From Selaginella moellendorffii (taxonomy: Eukaryota; Plantae; Lycopodiophyta): DNA of 64,000 bases. Shown here piece after piece: positions 1-12,422 of this stretch. How positions within the stretch are numbered: the stretch's first letter is position 1; each line of letters begins with the position of its first letter. The notes beneath the pieces were generated by a model, which saw only the letters and a list, made by a program, of their open reading frames with translations, ran no database searches and was not told the DNA's origin. The position numbers and the translations under genes are program-made. The stretch lies in assembly GCF_000143415.4 (NCBI RefSeq), contig NW_003314316.1, forward strand, positions 124,001-188,000. Reading direction: 5' to 3'.

Positions 1-533
1 ATCTGGAAGATCGCTCTTGGAAATCGATGTGGTTGACGGAGGCACGGGATATCACTAAACCCTATCAATGAAAGAATGAAAATCCATCCATTGCTATGTA
101 CATAGCGAGTTCTTTAAACTTCTGGGGGAGTTTACACCACACTACTAAAGAAAGATCACGATGGTTTGTGTTCTTAGCTTATGTTCTTAACTTCCCTCGC
201 GATTTCTCTATTCTTTTTTCACTTAGAAAGGTGGTTTTGATCGAATCTCTCGTGTTTTGCAGCTCGAGGAGAGCGAGAAGAACTGGGAGGACGAGATCGA
301 CGATATCGTGCGGAGATTTGAGAAGCAACACAAGCGGAGATTGATCTACACCATATGTTTCTATTGAGACGATGAGAGAGAAAAGCTGGAAAAATGTGAT
401 ACCAAGTTTGTTTGCCCTAGATTCTTTTTGGATATTCTATTTGAAACGTGGTTTAAAGTTTGTCTGCCCTAGATTCATGTGGAATGTTCTATGTGAAACG
501 TTATGCCACATTTTTCGGTGTGTGTGAGCTAAG

Positions 534-546
534 TAGGGTTTAGGGT
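534..546. promoter_or_regulatory. Telo-box-like element (TAGGGTTTAGGGT) just upstream of the ATG at 571
   Basis: Reverse complement of AAACCCTA, a motif typical of plant translation/ribosome-biogenesis promoters; about 25 bp before the start codon. Confidence 0.45.
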
Positions 547-570
547 GTGTGAAAGGAAGGGAAGAGCGCC

Positions 571-3500
571 ATGGATTTCATGCGCGGGGTCGATCAAGCG
601 GCGGCTTTGTGCCGCGCATGCGTGGAGACGAATCGCGGCACGCGGATGCTCGTTATAGTGCCGTCCGGGACATCGGCGGAGGAGTTTAGAGGTATGAAGC
701 TCGATCGATCGATCGATGATCGCCGGGTACTTGAGGGCTTTTTCTTCTTGCAGAGAGGGTGAGGGCTGTGCATTCTACCAATTTTCCGGAGCACGGAAAT
801 GTAGGCATCAAGAACATCATGGTACGAAACCGCTGGAGAAAAAGCTCTGGGAAGTTTCTGAGATTTCTTGTGTGTTTTCCAGATCATGGTTGCGGGGTAT
901 TGGTATGCTTTCACCCATGGCAACATTGGAACGGCTGCTCAAGGAACCGATGCGCGATTTAGAGTCGAGCTTTTCGAGGAACTGGAGGAAGTTGTGGATC
1001 CTTCTCCATCCGGGACTCCCGCGAGAAGGGAGCTTGCGGCCGGAGAGGATGTGCGTCAGCAGCCGGCCAGAGAGGAGAGTAGACTTGGCAGAGCCGTGAC
1101 TAGTTTGCGACGAACCCTCGAGGAGATGGAGGACATTCGTGGAACTGGTCCTGGAAGGGTGGTGAACAATGCTCAAGGGGTGAGGATCACTGCTCCTCCT
1201 GCGAACGAGGTTTTGGTTGGATCTGCCGCGGACGAAAGGAATGACGACGTCCAGATGGTGGATGGTTCTGAGCCCGAGTCTAGAGCAGTGGCGGAAACCG
1301 ATGTCGCCGAGAGTAGCGGACAGGAAACAAGGTCCGGCCCTTCTCTGCGATGTAACGACGTTCAGATGGTGGATAGTTCTGAGCCCCACTCTAGAGCAGT
1401 GGCGGAAATGGACATCCCTGAGAGTAACGGACAGGAGACAAGGTCCGCCTCTTCTCTGCGACGATCGTACGACATGCCTTCTGAAGATCCAGCCGATAAG
1501 TCGCAGAACGGTTGTCGAGGGGTTTCTCCTCCTCCAGTGAAACTCGCGACGAGCGACTGCAACGTGGTGGATGTTTCCGTGTCCGAGCCTGCGGCGGCGA
1601 CCGCACAGGAAACAGAAGTGGAAGCTATGAAGGAGATGGGAGAAAAAACTGTGGAGGGTGGTAACGATGAAAAGGAGTTTGAAACAGGGAGAGACGAGGT
1701 AGAAGGAGCTGGAAGGGAGGGACAGAAACTAGAATCGAGTATGGACGATTCGGAAGGGTCCGAAGAGGAGGAGGATGATGAACTAGAAGGCAGGAGAGAT
1801 GAGCGACAAGAAAACGAGGAAAAGCAAGTAGAGGCAGGACTGCACGAGAAGGAGCTAGAAACCGAGAAAGGCAGTTCTGAGAAAAATGTAGGAGAGATGG
1901 AGGCTCAGAAGGATGCGACAGCGTCATCAGTGCTTAATATTCTTCTCGGCTCCTCTGAGGGAACTGAAGATCGCTCGAACGCGAAAGCTAGTGGCGAGCC
2001 TACTCGAATCGATGAGCCTGTTGCTACTGATGGCAATGGCAGTGCCTCAGGACACGATTTTATAGCCGAGAAGCCTACAGCCAAGCGAAAACAGGACGGG
2101 TCTTTGGATGCATCGCCCAAGAGGTCGAGAGTGGATGCAATCACTGCGGAGCTGGAAAACGAAGAAACGGAAGAAGCCGAAGAAGGTGATGAAGCCGAAG
2201 AAAGTGATCAAGCCGAAGAGACTGATAAAGCTGAAAACAGTGAAGGCGGAGCCTTGAAAAATGAGGAGTTCAAGGAGCCAGTCGATGACAAGGAGCCAGA
2301 GCATGCAGATGGTGACGCTGCTGATGGACCTGTCTTGGACAACTTGTGTGACAACGTCATAAGTCAGCATTTTTCTTCTGAAGCTTCTGGTTCAGATAGC
2401 GAAGAGGACGAGTCTCAAGCTCCCGTGGAGAATGCCGCATCAAGCCAGGTGAAGGCTCCTATGAAAGAGGCGGTTGGAAAAAGGAAGACTGTTACTTCCG
2501 ATTCAGATAGCGAGGACGAAGAAGCCGCCACCCAAGCTCCGGTGGGAAAGAAACAAGAAGAGGCTGCTACAGTTGGATTAAGAAACACAGGCACTGCTAC
2601 TTCCGATTCAGATAGCGAGGACGACACTCAAGTTCCGGTGGAAAAGCCTCAAGAAGAGGCTGCTACAGTTGGAGTAAAAAAAACAGGCAGTGCTACTTCC
2701 GATTCAGATAGTGAGGACGGAGAAGAACTTCCGGTGGAAAAGAATCAAGAAGAGGCTGCCACAGTTGGACGAAAAAAAACAGGCAATGCTACTTCTGATT
2801 CAGATAGCGAGGACGACACTCAAGTTCCGGTGGAAAAGAATCAAGAAAAGGCTGCTACAGTTGGAGGAAAAAAAATAGGCAGTTCCAGTTCAAGTAGCGA
2901 GGATGAAGAGGCCGACGCCGTAGAATATCAAACTGAGACGCAGGCTCCGCTGCAAAGTCAGAAGAAGAGTGCCGCGAAACAGGCTACTGCGGGTAGAAAG
3001 AAGACGACCGACGTGGACAAAGACGATGCACAGCATAAGCCTGGAGGAAAAAAAACAGGCGGTAGCGAGGATGAAGAGGCCGACGCCGTAGAAACTCACA
3101 CTAAGGCTCGGGCTTCTCTGCAAAGTCAGACGAAGACCGTCGCAAAGCAGGTTACTGCGAGCGTTTCCGACGAGGACGAAGACGATGCCCTGCATAATCT
3201 TGGAGCCAAAAAAACAGGCAATAGCGAGGACGAAGAAGCCGAAGAAACTCAAACTCAGACTCAGGCCCCACCGCAAAATCAGACGAATACTGCTGCGAAG
3301 CAGGCTACTGCGGTTAAAAAGAAGACAAGCGTTTCCAGTTCACAGAAGCAGAGGCTTGAGAGTCGTGCAGCGTCTCAATCCGACTCGGAGCAGGAGTTGC
3401 CAAGCTCTCAGCCACCAAAATCTGGGAAAGCAAGAGACAGGCGCCTTTCTGGGACGCGTAAGCGAGGAAAACCTCCAGCTAAAACCGCTTCCGGTTCCGA

Positions 3501-4326
3501 TGCTAGCGAAGAGGAATCGGATACGGACTTCAAACTAAGGTTGAAAGGAGCAAGTACTCCGAGGAGAAATCCTCGCAGAACCGCCGTTGATTCCAGGTAA
3601 GCTAGTCTGTTCAGTTTCGTCTTCGAACGCTGATACTTGACAATTGAACTTGCAGGTTCCAGATGTTTGTTGATAAAAACGACGGCTTGGACTCGCTCTT
3701 TACAGCACGGAGCTCCAGTCGACTGGTCACGGAGCCGGACGTTGTCCCGGAGACGCAAAACGTGGAAGAAACTTTGACGGGCCCTCAAGGTGGTCAGAAG
3801 AAGAAAACAGCGAGCCGAAGAAGCTCGCAGGCCCAAACTCCTCCGGTCATTCAGCAGGATCCTTCTCCAGTGATGATCATCACTCCGGAAGGAGTGGTGA
3901 GCTCTCAAGAAGCAGCGCCAGAGGCAGAGAAAGCTCGCGGCGAAACGAAAAGAAAGCGTCCTTCAGCGAAGGCAAGCAAGCGCCGCGCCAAGAGCAGCGA
4001 GCAAACTCCGGCTCCAACGCGCACTACTTTCACTCCGGCTCCATCTCCGACTACTCCTTTGGCTCCGATTCCACTCATGGAGAGAATGCCAACGTCGAGT
4101 GGTAAGAAGAAGCGTAGGTAAATATCTTCTCGCTCTCACCTTTTTATTATCGCGCTCTCTCTGGTTTTTTCCTCGATTTGTTTTTACTTTCTTTACAGGC
4201 AGGCGTAGAGAGCCCGTGGATTGTCCATTCTGTGGTAGAACCTATTCCTACCAGACTGAGCGTTTTGGGCGCATAAGAAAGCTTGTGGTAGCTGGAAGAA
4301 AGAGGAATCTACTTTTTCAAAAGTAG
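571..4326 (+). CDS. Large acidic low-complexity protein with a globular N-terminal domain, Nopp140/Treacle-like SDSDSED/KK repeats and a C-terminal CxxC motif; probably nuclear/nucleolar
   Basis: Manually spliced in frame: exons 571-691, 754-821, 883-3596, 3656-4101 (or 4117), 4199 (or 4203)-4326, all GT..AG. Includes ORFs 868-3600 and 3663-4121. Confidence 0.7.
2383..2920 (+). repeat. Coding tandem repeats of 96-105 bp (ATSDSDSEDDTQVPVEKNQEEAATVGxKKTG)
   Basis: The unit gctacttccgattcagatagcgaggac recurs at about 2488, 2593, 2689 and 2785. A separate 111-bp duplication lies at about 1243-1460. Confidence 0.9.
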
Positions 4327-4440
4327 GATATGCTTTTAGGGTATTCCGTCTATAAGACGGTTTTGTTTATTGAAAGAGGTATATTCGATGTTTATCAGAT
4401 CCATTATGCTTTAGGGGTTTTTGTCTGAGGAATTGGAGAG

Positions 4441-5977
4441 ATGGGAGTGGCGGGCGCCGAGCGGCTAGAATGCGTCGATCTCTCCTGCCCGGACGTGGAG
4501 CGCCTGGCGCAGCAGCTCAGGAAGGTAACGGTCGATCGGTCGGTTTTCGATTTTCGCGTGTGGAAATCTCGTGATTTAGGCCTGCCTGGAGACGGGGTTC
4601 TTCTATGTTGTGAACCACGGGATAAGCGAGGAGTTTATGGCACAGGTGTTTGAGCAGAGCCGGAAATTCTTCACGCTTCCCTTGGAGGAGAAGATGAAGG
4701 TCTACCAGGATGAGAACGTCCGGGGCTACACCCCGATCTTTGACGAGAAACTGGATCCGGCAAAGCAGCGCCTTGGTACAAACGTTTGTGTTGTGTGATG
4801 CTCATCGTGTTTTTCATGTCGAGAACAGGGGATGCGAAGGAAGGATATTATATTCGACGCGAAGTTTCAGGGAGTGATCCCAGAGCGAAGGATCCTTTGC
4901 AAGGACCGAATCAATGGCCATCTCCTGGTTTGATTTTCTTTTTGTCCTTCTTCTAAACGTTACTGTGTTTGTTTTTCTCCAAATTTTGCCAGATACACTC
5001 CCAGAATGGAAGCAAACAATGGAAATGTATTTCGACCAGGCCGAGTACGTATATTTCTCTTTTTCTCTTCTTGAACAAAGAACAAGACTTTGGATTGCAG
5101 AAAGCTCTCGCGGAAACTAATCAAGCTCATTGCGCTAGCGTTGGAACTAGAAGAATCGTTTTTCGACAAGCCTGGGATGTTTGACCACGCCATGGCAGCG
5201 GTTCGTTTGCTTCACTATCCAGGTAAGTTAATCGAGATATTTTGATAGTTTTTTCCTTTGTCCTCGATACAGCTCAAGCTTCCAATCCGGAAGAGGGATT
5301 TTTTGGTGCTGGTGCGCACAGTGACTACGGAATGCTCACACTTCTCGCCAGCGATGGCGTTCCTGGTCTCCAGGTAGGTCAACGTGTTCTAATAATAAAA
5401 ATTATGATCAGCACTTGGAAAGAATAGATTTGCAAGGAGAAGGATGCAAAGGAGCAAGTCTGGACTAATGTCCAGCCACTGAAAGGGTGGGTTTGAGGAC
5501 TAGCTATGAAGCCCACTTACCTATGGATTTGATGAGCAGGGCATTTATAGTCAACTTGGGAGATATGCTAGAGCGCTGGACAAACAACCTTTTCAGGTAG
5601 AAATATTGCGATTGTTTGAGACTCTGACGTTGATTCACATTGTCTATCAAGGTCAACATTGCACCGGGTGCTCAACTATGGGGTCGAACGCTACTCGGTG
5701 AGCAAAATGCTTGACGTGTTTAGAATCGTGATGGATTACTTTCGACAGATTGCTTTCTTCATGGGGCCAAATTTTGACTGCATTGTGGAGTGCATTCCAA
5801 CGTGTTGCAGCGAGCTGAATCCATCAAAGTATGTAGCTAGCTTTCTCCTGGTGGTATTTCTAAGTTTGCTTGCTTTGTGATAGATTCCCTCCTGCTAAGA
5901 GTGGCGACCATCTTTTAGGAAGATATAAAGTCACTCACAAGGATTATGAAGCTGTGGCAAACCGAAAATATACGTAA
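4441..5977 (+). CDS. 2-oxoglutarate/Fe(II)-dependent dioxygenase (DIOX_N + 2OG-FeII_Oxy), copy 1, 11 exons, intact
   Basis: Motifs CVDLS, ACLETGFFYVVNHGIS, GPNQWP, RLLHYP, GAHSDYG (HxD), VNLGDMLERWTN, STLHRV (distal His) and RYS (2OG binding). All 10 introns are GT..AG and preserve the frame; stop TAA at 5975-5977. Confidence 0.92.
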
Positions 5978-7101
5978 TCTATAATACTAAAAATGAATTG
6001 TTGGATGTCACTGTTTCATCGGCATTGAACCATGGCACAAGTCTTTCTCTTCCACGCCAATGAAGAAGATTGAGACTCTCTTATTTGGAAGTCCCACTCA
6101 TACAGCAAGCATGAGAAATCTCCAGTGCAAGAAACTCCCGAAAATCCTCTTTAGCGGATGGCCTGATAACTCGTGCTCTATTTTTCAGTACCTCAAGGAG
6201 AATGTCGATGAAATGCGCACCGAGCAGCCTCTTTCATCTCGAAAGTCCTCATTGGTTTCACCACTGCTGTAGGGTGGAATGGTGAACGTGAAGTTTGTAA
6301 AAGCCATGAAGAAGAAGGTATGCCACTTCCATTGCACTGCATTGCATCGGTTCTAATCTTGCAAATGTTAAAACAGGGAGCACTGGCTGTCAATGTTTTT
6401 GGACTACAAATCTGTGAGAGATGGCCTTGATCTAGAGGATGATCCTCAAGGTGGCACATTGCTGGAGTGACAGGTTCCAATTTATTGAGGGAATGTTCTA
6501 GCTTCCTTCCAGGTCGACCATTGTGACTTTTGGCTAGTTTAGCTTTGTTTCTTCCATAAGAGCCTGGCAATGCCTAGGTGTATAGCTAGAAAGTCTTAAT
6601 TCTACTTCATGGGAAAGGATCTCTAAGAAGTGATTGAGAGAGACCTCAAACCAGGCAACAATCAAACTAGGCAACAATGATGTAGATTAGAGAATAGCAA
6701 AAGACTGGGTAGCACTAAACTATATAATTTTAATTTTAGAAGTAGAAAATATACTTTATTTAAAGGTATATTATATTTTAAGTCAAGAAGAAAAATAAAA
6801 ACAATTTGTGCAGACAAGAGATGAGAGAGCCAAAGAGGCAAGAAAAGCCAAGACACAAAGAGCGGCCACTAGAAAAAAGTCCACCAACTTTACAATAATA
6901 TTGTTCATGATATTGTGAGTATACACAATATCTACTATGTTTCTGGTAAACAAGACACTAATTTCAGTAGATGTGCATGATTGCAGACTCAGTAGGCAAT
7001 ACGATTACGTGTGGGAGGAGATATGATGGGGCTGTATTGTCTGAATATTGCCAGAGTGGGCCTACTTTTCAGGACCAAGGCTCAGTCACAACGCATTTTG
7101 G

Positions 7102-7990
7102 AATCCGACTCAGAGCAGGAATTGTCAAGCTCTCAGCCACCAAAATCTGGGAGAGCAAGAGACAGGCGCCTTTCTGGGACGTGTAAGCGAGGAAAACCTC
7201 CAGCTAAAACCGCTTCCAGTTCCGATCCGAGTGAACAGGAATCGGATATGGACTTCAAAATAAGGTTGAGAGGAGCACCGTGCTGTAAAGTGCGAGTCCA
7301 AGCCGTCGTTTTTATCAACAAACATCTGGAACCTGCAAGTTCAATTGTCAGGTATCAGCGTGTAAATACGAAACTGAAGAGACTAGCTTACCTGGAATCA
7401 ATGGCGGTTCTGCGAGGATTTCTCCTCAGAGTACTTGAGCGAGCTCCAGTCGACCAGTCCCGGAGCTGGACGTCGTCCCGGAGACGCAAAACGTTGGAAG
7501 AAACAGGTGGTCAGAAGAAAACAGCGAGCTGAAGAAGCTCGCAGGCCCAAACTCCTCCCGTCATTCAGCAGGATCCTTCTCCAGTGAGATCATCACTTCG
7601 GAGGGAGTGATGAGCTCTCAAGAAGCAGCAAACGAGGCAGAGAAAGCTCGCGGCGAAACGAAAAGAAAGCGTCCTTCAGCGAAGGCAAGCAAGCGCAGCG
7701 CCAAGAGCAGCGAGCATACTCCGGTTCCAACGCCCACTACTTTCACTCCGGCTACTCCTTTGGCTCCGATTCCTCTCATGGAGAGAATGCCAACGTCGAG
7801 TGGTAAGGTAAATATCTACCTTTTTAATATCGAGCTCTCTCTGGTTTTTTCCTCAATTGTTTTTGGCTTTGGGTCCTACAGGCAGACGTAGAGAGCCCGT
7901 GGATTGTCCATTCTGTAATAGAACCTATTCCTTCTAGACTGGAGCGTTTGGGCGCAAAAGAATGCTGGTGGTGACGAGGAATCTTCTTTT
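7102..7990 (+). pseudogene. Duplicated 3' fragment of the acidic-protein gene, with a 160-bp micro-inversion, deletions and stops
   Basis: Near-identical to about 3377-4320; 7278-7437 is the reverse complement of 3551-3710. Confidence 0.85.
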
Positions 7991-8108
7991 TCTCAAGTAA
8001 GATATGCTTTTAGGGACGGTATATGTCCTTTTTGTTTTTGAAAGAGGTATATTCGATGTTTATCAGATGCATTATGCTTTAGGGGTTTTTGTCTGGGGAA
8101 TTGGAGAG

Positions 8109-9646
8109 ATGGGAGTAGCGGGCGCCGAGCGGCTAGAATGCATCGATCTCTCCTGCCCGGACGTGGAGCGTCTGGCGCAACAGCTGAGGAAGGTAACGGT
8201 CGATCGATCGGTCGGTTTTCCATTTTCGCGTGGAAATCTCGTGATTTAGGCCTGCCTGGAGACGGGGTTCTTCTATGTTGTGAACCACGGGATAAGCGAG
8301 GAGTTTATGGCACAGGTGTTTGAGCAGAGCCGGAAATTCTTCACGCTTCCCTTGGAGGAGAAGATGAAGGTCTACCAGGATGAGAACTTCCGGGGCTACA
8401 CCCCGATCTTTGACGAGAAACTGGATCCGGCAAAGCAGCGCCTTGGTACAAACGTTTGTGTTGTGTGATGCTCATCGTGTTTTTCATGTCGAGAACAGGG
8501 GATGCGAAGGAAGGATATTATATTCGACGCGAAGTTTCAGGGAGTGATCCCAGAGCGAAGGATCCTTTGCAAGGACCGAATCAATGGCCATCTCCTGGTT
8601 TGATTTTCTTCTGGTCCTTCTTCTAAACATTACTGTGTTTGTTTTTCTCCAAACTTTGCCAGATACACTCCCAGAATGGAAGCAAACAATGGAAATGTAT
8701 TTCGACCAGGCCGAGTACGTATATTTCTCTTTTTCTCTTCTTGAACAAAGAACAAGACTTTGCCTTGCAGAAAGCTCTCGCGGAAACTAATCAAGCTCAT
8801 TGCGCTAGCGTTGGAACTAGAAGAATCGTTTTTCGACAAGCCTGGGATGTTTGACCACGCCATGGCAGCGGTTCGTTTGCTTCACTATCCAGGTAAGTTA
8901 ATTGAGATCTTTTGATAGTTTTTTCCTTTGTCCTCGATACAGCTCAAGCTTCCAATCCGGAAGAGGGATTTTTTGGTGCTGGTGCGCACAGTGACTATGG
9001 AATGCTCACACTTCTCGCCAGCGATGGCGTTCCTGGTCTCCAGGTAGGTGCACGTGTTCTAATAATAAAAATTATGATCGGCACTTGGAAAGGATAGATT
9101 TGCAAGGAGAAGGATGCAAAGGAGCAAGTCTGGACTAATGTCCAGCCACTGAAAGGGTGGGTTTGAGGACTAGCTATGAAGCCCACTTACCTATGGATTT
9201 GATGAGCAGGGCATTTATAGTCAATTTGGGAGATATGCTAGAGCGCTGGACAAACAACCTTTTCAGGTAGAAATATTGAGATTGTTTGAGACTCTACGTT
9301 GGTTCACATTGTCTATCAAGGTCAACATTGCACCGGGTGCTCAACTATGGGGTCGAACGCTACTCGGTGAGCAAAATGCTTGACGTGTTTAGAATCGTGA
9401 TGGATTACTTTCGACAGATTGCTTTCTTCATGGGGCCAAATTTTGACTGCATTGTGGAGTGTATTCCAACGTGTTGCAGCGAGCTGAATCCATCAAAGTA
9501 TGTAGCTAGCTTTCTCCTGGTGGTATTTCTAAGTTTGCTTGCTTTGTGATAGATTCCCTCCTGCCAAGAGTGGCGACCATCTTTTAGGAAGATATAAAGT
9601 CACTCACAAGGATTATGAAGCTGTGGCAAACAGAAAATATACGTAA
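8109..9646 (+). CDS. 2OG/Fe(II) dioxygenase copy 2, intact, nearly identical to copy 1
   Basis: Same exon structure and the same HSD, H and RYS motifs; ATG at 8109, TAA at 9644-9646. Confidence 0.9.
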
Positions 9647-9924
9647 TCTATAATACTAAAAATGAATTGTTGGATGTCACTGTTTCATCGGCATTGAACC
9701 ACAATTTGTTTTTCGCAAATCTTTCTTCCATGCCAATGAAGAGGACTGAAACTTTCTTATTTGAAAGTCCCACTCATACAGCGAGCGTGAAAAATCTCCA
9801 GTTCAAGGAACTCCCCTTTAGCGGATGGCCTGATAACTCACGCTCTATTTTGAACGTCGATGAAAAGCGCACTGAGAGGCCTCTTTCATCTCGAAACTCC
9901 TCACCACTCCTGTAGGTTGGAATG

Positions 9925-10530
9925 GCCAGCGAGAGAGCCACTTCCGCCGCTATGCACGCACTCTTGTTCGCTACGCTATCATCCAGAGTGAACCAGCTCT
10001 GGATCAAACGCAAGAATCGCTCGTCGCGGGAGAAGATCATATGCCGAGGACCCGAGCCAGACTCAAGTGAAACCTCCTGAGTCGCGGCCTCCAGTCGGGA
10101 CGTTGAGAAATCGATCGTGGATCTTATCGGTGCCGAGATCACAGACGAAGACCAAGGAGTCCGTGATGATCTGATGGGGATGAGGACCGTTTTGCCGGGG
10201 ATTGTTCCTCGGCCCCGTGAGACCTGGAACCTTGATCAGCGAAACCGGCTGCTGGTGACCTGGAGAACGCCATAGCTCCACCCCTGCAGTTCGCAAACAA
10301 GATCCACTTGCCGCTGGCTGATCGCAGGCGGGACCGAGCCACAAGGGATGGGGTGGCCGAGACGAGAGAGATGTGGAGAGAAGGAGAATGCCTCGAGAGC
10401 GCCACTCTCCACTTCGTTTACCGCATAGATAACGTTGCCCAAGTGGGGATGCCTGGTCAGAAAGGTGGGATTGGTACCTGATGGAAACGAGGCGATCGAG
10501 TGGAGCTGATGTTTCTCAGATTGGAGAATC
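9925..10530 (-). pseudogene. Frameshifted fragment of a 7-bladed beta-propeller lactonase (YbhE/Pgl, cis,cis-muconate cyclase family)
   Basis: Successive minus-strand frames give GTNPTFLTRHP..VIYAVNEVESG, SGKWILFANCRGG, GPRNNPRQNGPHPHQI..VFVCDLGTDKI, GSGPRHMIFSRDERFL and IAAEVALS, which are hallmark motifs of this family. Intronless and GC-rich. Confidence 0.75.
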
Positions 10531-12422
10531 TCGTCTGGATGTGACTATGGTCATCAAATATATTGGCACTGAGGCCACTGAAGAATCTATTGCTTAAAAG
10601 TTTGTGTTTGAGAGCGAGTTCCTACGCTTGTTGTGTGAATTGTTTTTATAATGCTAAATAATCAACAACTAAATAATTTAAACTATTGAATGTGCAACTC
10701 TCATGACTGCAACGACCAAACTGCCTGGCAAAAACATACAATAAAAACAAATAAAATGCCTCAACAGAAGAAGAAGATCTAGAAGTTTGATGTTCTTTTT
10801 TATTCTGCCAGGGGTCAGCGCTCGAGTTCTGTTATCTATCATATTCTTCGTTTGGTAAAAATGTAAAATTTCCTGGGCACCCTGCCAAGATCAATAAAAG
10901 CACAGATAAATCGAGAACACCACAAAAAACCAAGAATCACAATTGCGAGTTGTTCAAACTTGTTCACACCATTGATAACTTCTCTTACCCACAAACTTAA
11001 AATGCTGTTAACTTTTCTGAAATAAGATAGACCAACAAAAGTAAGTTCCATCTTGTCCAGTGCCTATTCATGTTCCTTCATCATGCTATAATATTAGTGA
11101 TTTAATATAGTCCTCTTTGCAAAATAAAGTTTTGGCCAAAGTTTTGAGTGAGTAACTTCTTTTTTTCTTGCTTATAATTATTCAATAATTGAGGTGGAAG
11201 AGGTATTTGCAGCATCTAGCCTCCAGAGATGATACATGGATTCTTTCACAACAACTTAAAAAAAAACCAGCACTGGTGATACAAGAAAATCTTCCCAAAA
11301 TCAGCTTCTCATATTGTTGTCAATCGCCCTTGTGGCCATCCTTTAGGCGGCACCAGCCAAAACCCTACACTCCAATCATACAAGTTACACATGTGCATAT
11401 GACAAAAGTAGTCATCAAGGGAAACAAAGATCTGGCATATCAAGAAAGGTCATGGTTGGAAGACCTTGATGCCATTGTGCCCAAATATCAGTCCACAGGC
11501 AAAGCTTTGGCTGTGGGTTTATCAAAATCCAATCCTCCCAATTGTACTGTTTAAGAAGGGGGAATAGTTGAACTTGTCTCGATTGGCTTAGATCATCTAT
11601 AGATATTCTGCCACGTGTCCTATTGTGTGGTGAGTTCTTCCAAGAACACAGAAGTATGAAGTAACAGGAGTAATGGTGATCCATGAAGAAGGTAGATTGC
11701 ACTGCATTGCATCTGTTCTAGTCTTGGAAATGTTAAAATAGGGAGCACTAGCTGTCAATGTTTTTGGACTACAAATCCATTAGAGATGGCCTTGAGTTGT
11801 TTCCATGTGGTTTCAATTTATTGAGGGAATGTTCCAGCTTCCTTCTAGGTCAAGCTGACCATCATGACTTTTTGGTATGTGTGAATAAGAGCCTAATAAT
11901 ACCAGGTGTAAAGCCAGGATTTTTAGTCATGGAAAGTCTTCATGGATATTGAAAGAGACCTTAATCTAGGTGACAATGATGGAAATTAGAAAAATGAATG
12001 GGAGACAGAAGAATAGCAAAAGATGGGGTTCTAGGATATATTTATGAATGCCTAATGTGTATAATTTCATTTTCAAGAGTAGAAACATATCCTAGAATAT
12101 TTTTAAAACTTTGGATAGAATCTATTACTTGTTAAACAAACAATAGAAGAATAGTAGTATATTATATTTTTTATATTTCCCTTTAATCAAACTAAAAATA
12201 ATGTAATTATTTAATGAGAAAGCCCTTATATATACCCCTAAAGTTCTAATAATAACAATATATTCAAATTTCAAAAAGAAGAATAAAAACAATTTGTGCA
12301 ACATTTGTAAGAAGCCAAAACACTAGGCAAGAAATAAAGAAGCCAAGAGAGCAAAGGGGCAAGAATAGCCAAGACACAAAGAGTGGCCAGCAGAAAAAAG
12401 TCCACCAACTTTACTAGTATGG

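Noticed and set aside
6000-6270. Repeated minus-strand coding-like block after each dioxygenase copy (also ~9700-9920 and ~13970-14240)
   Set aside because: Contains stops and indels in all copies and no recognisable family; treated as part of the duplicated unit.
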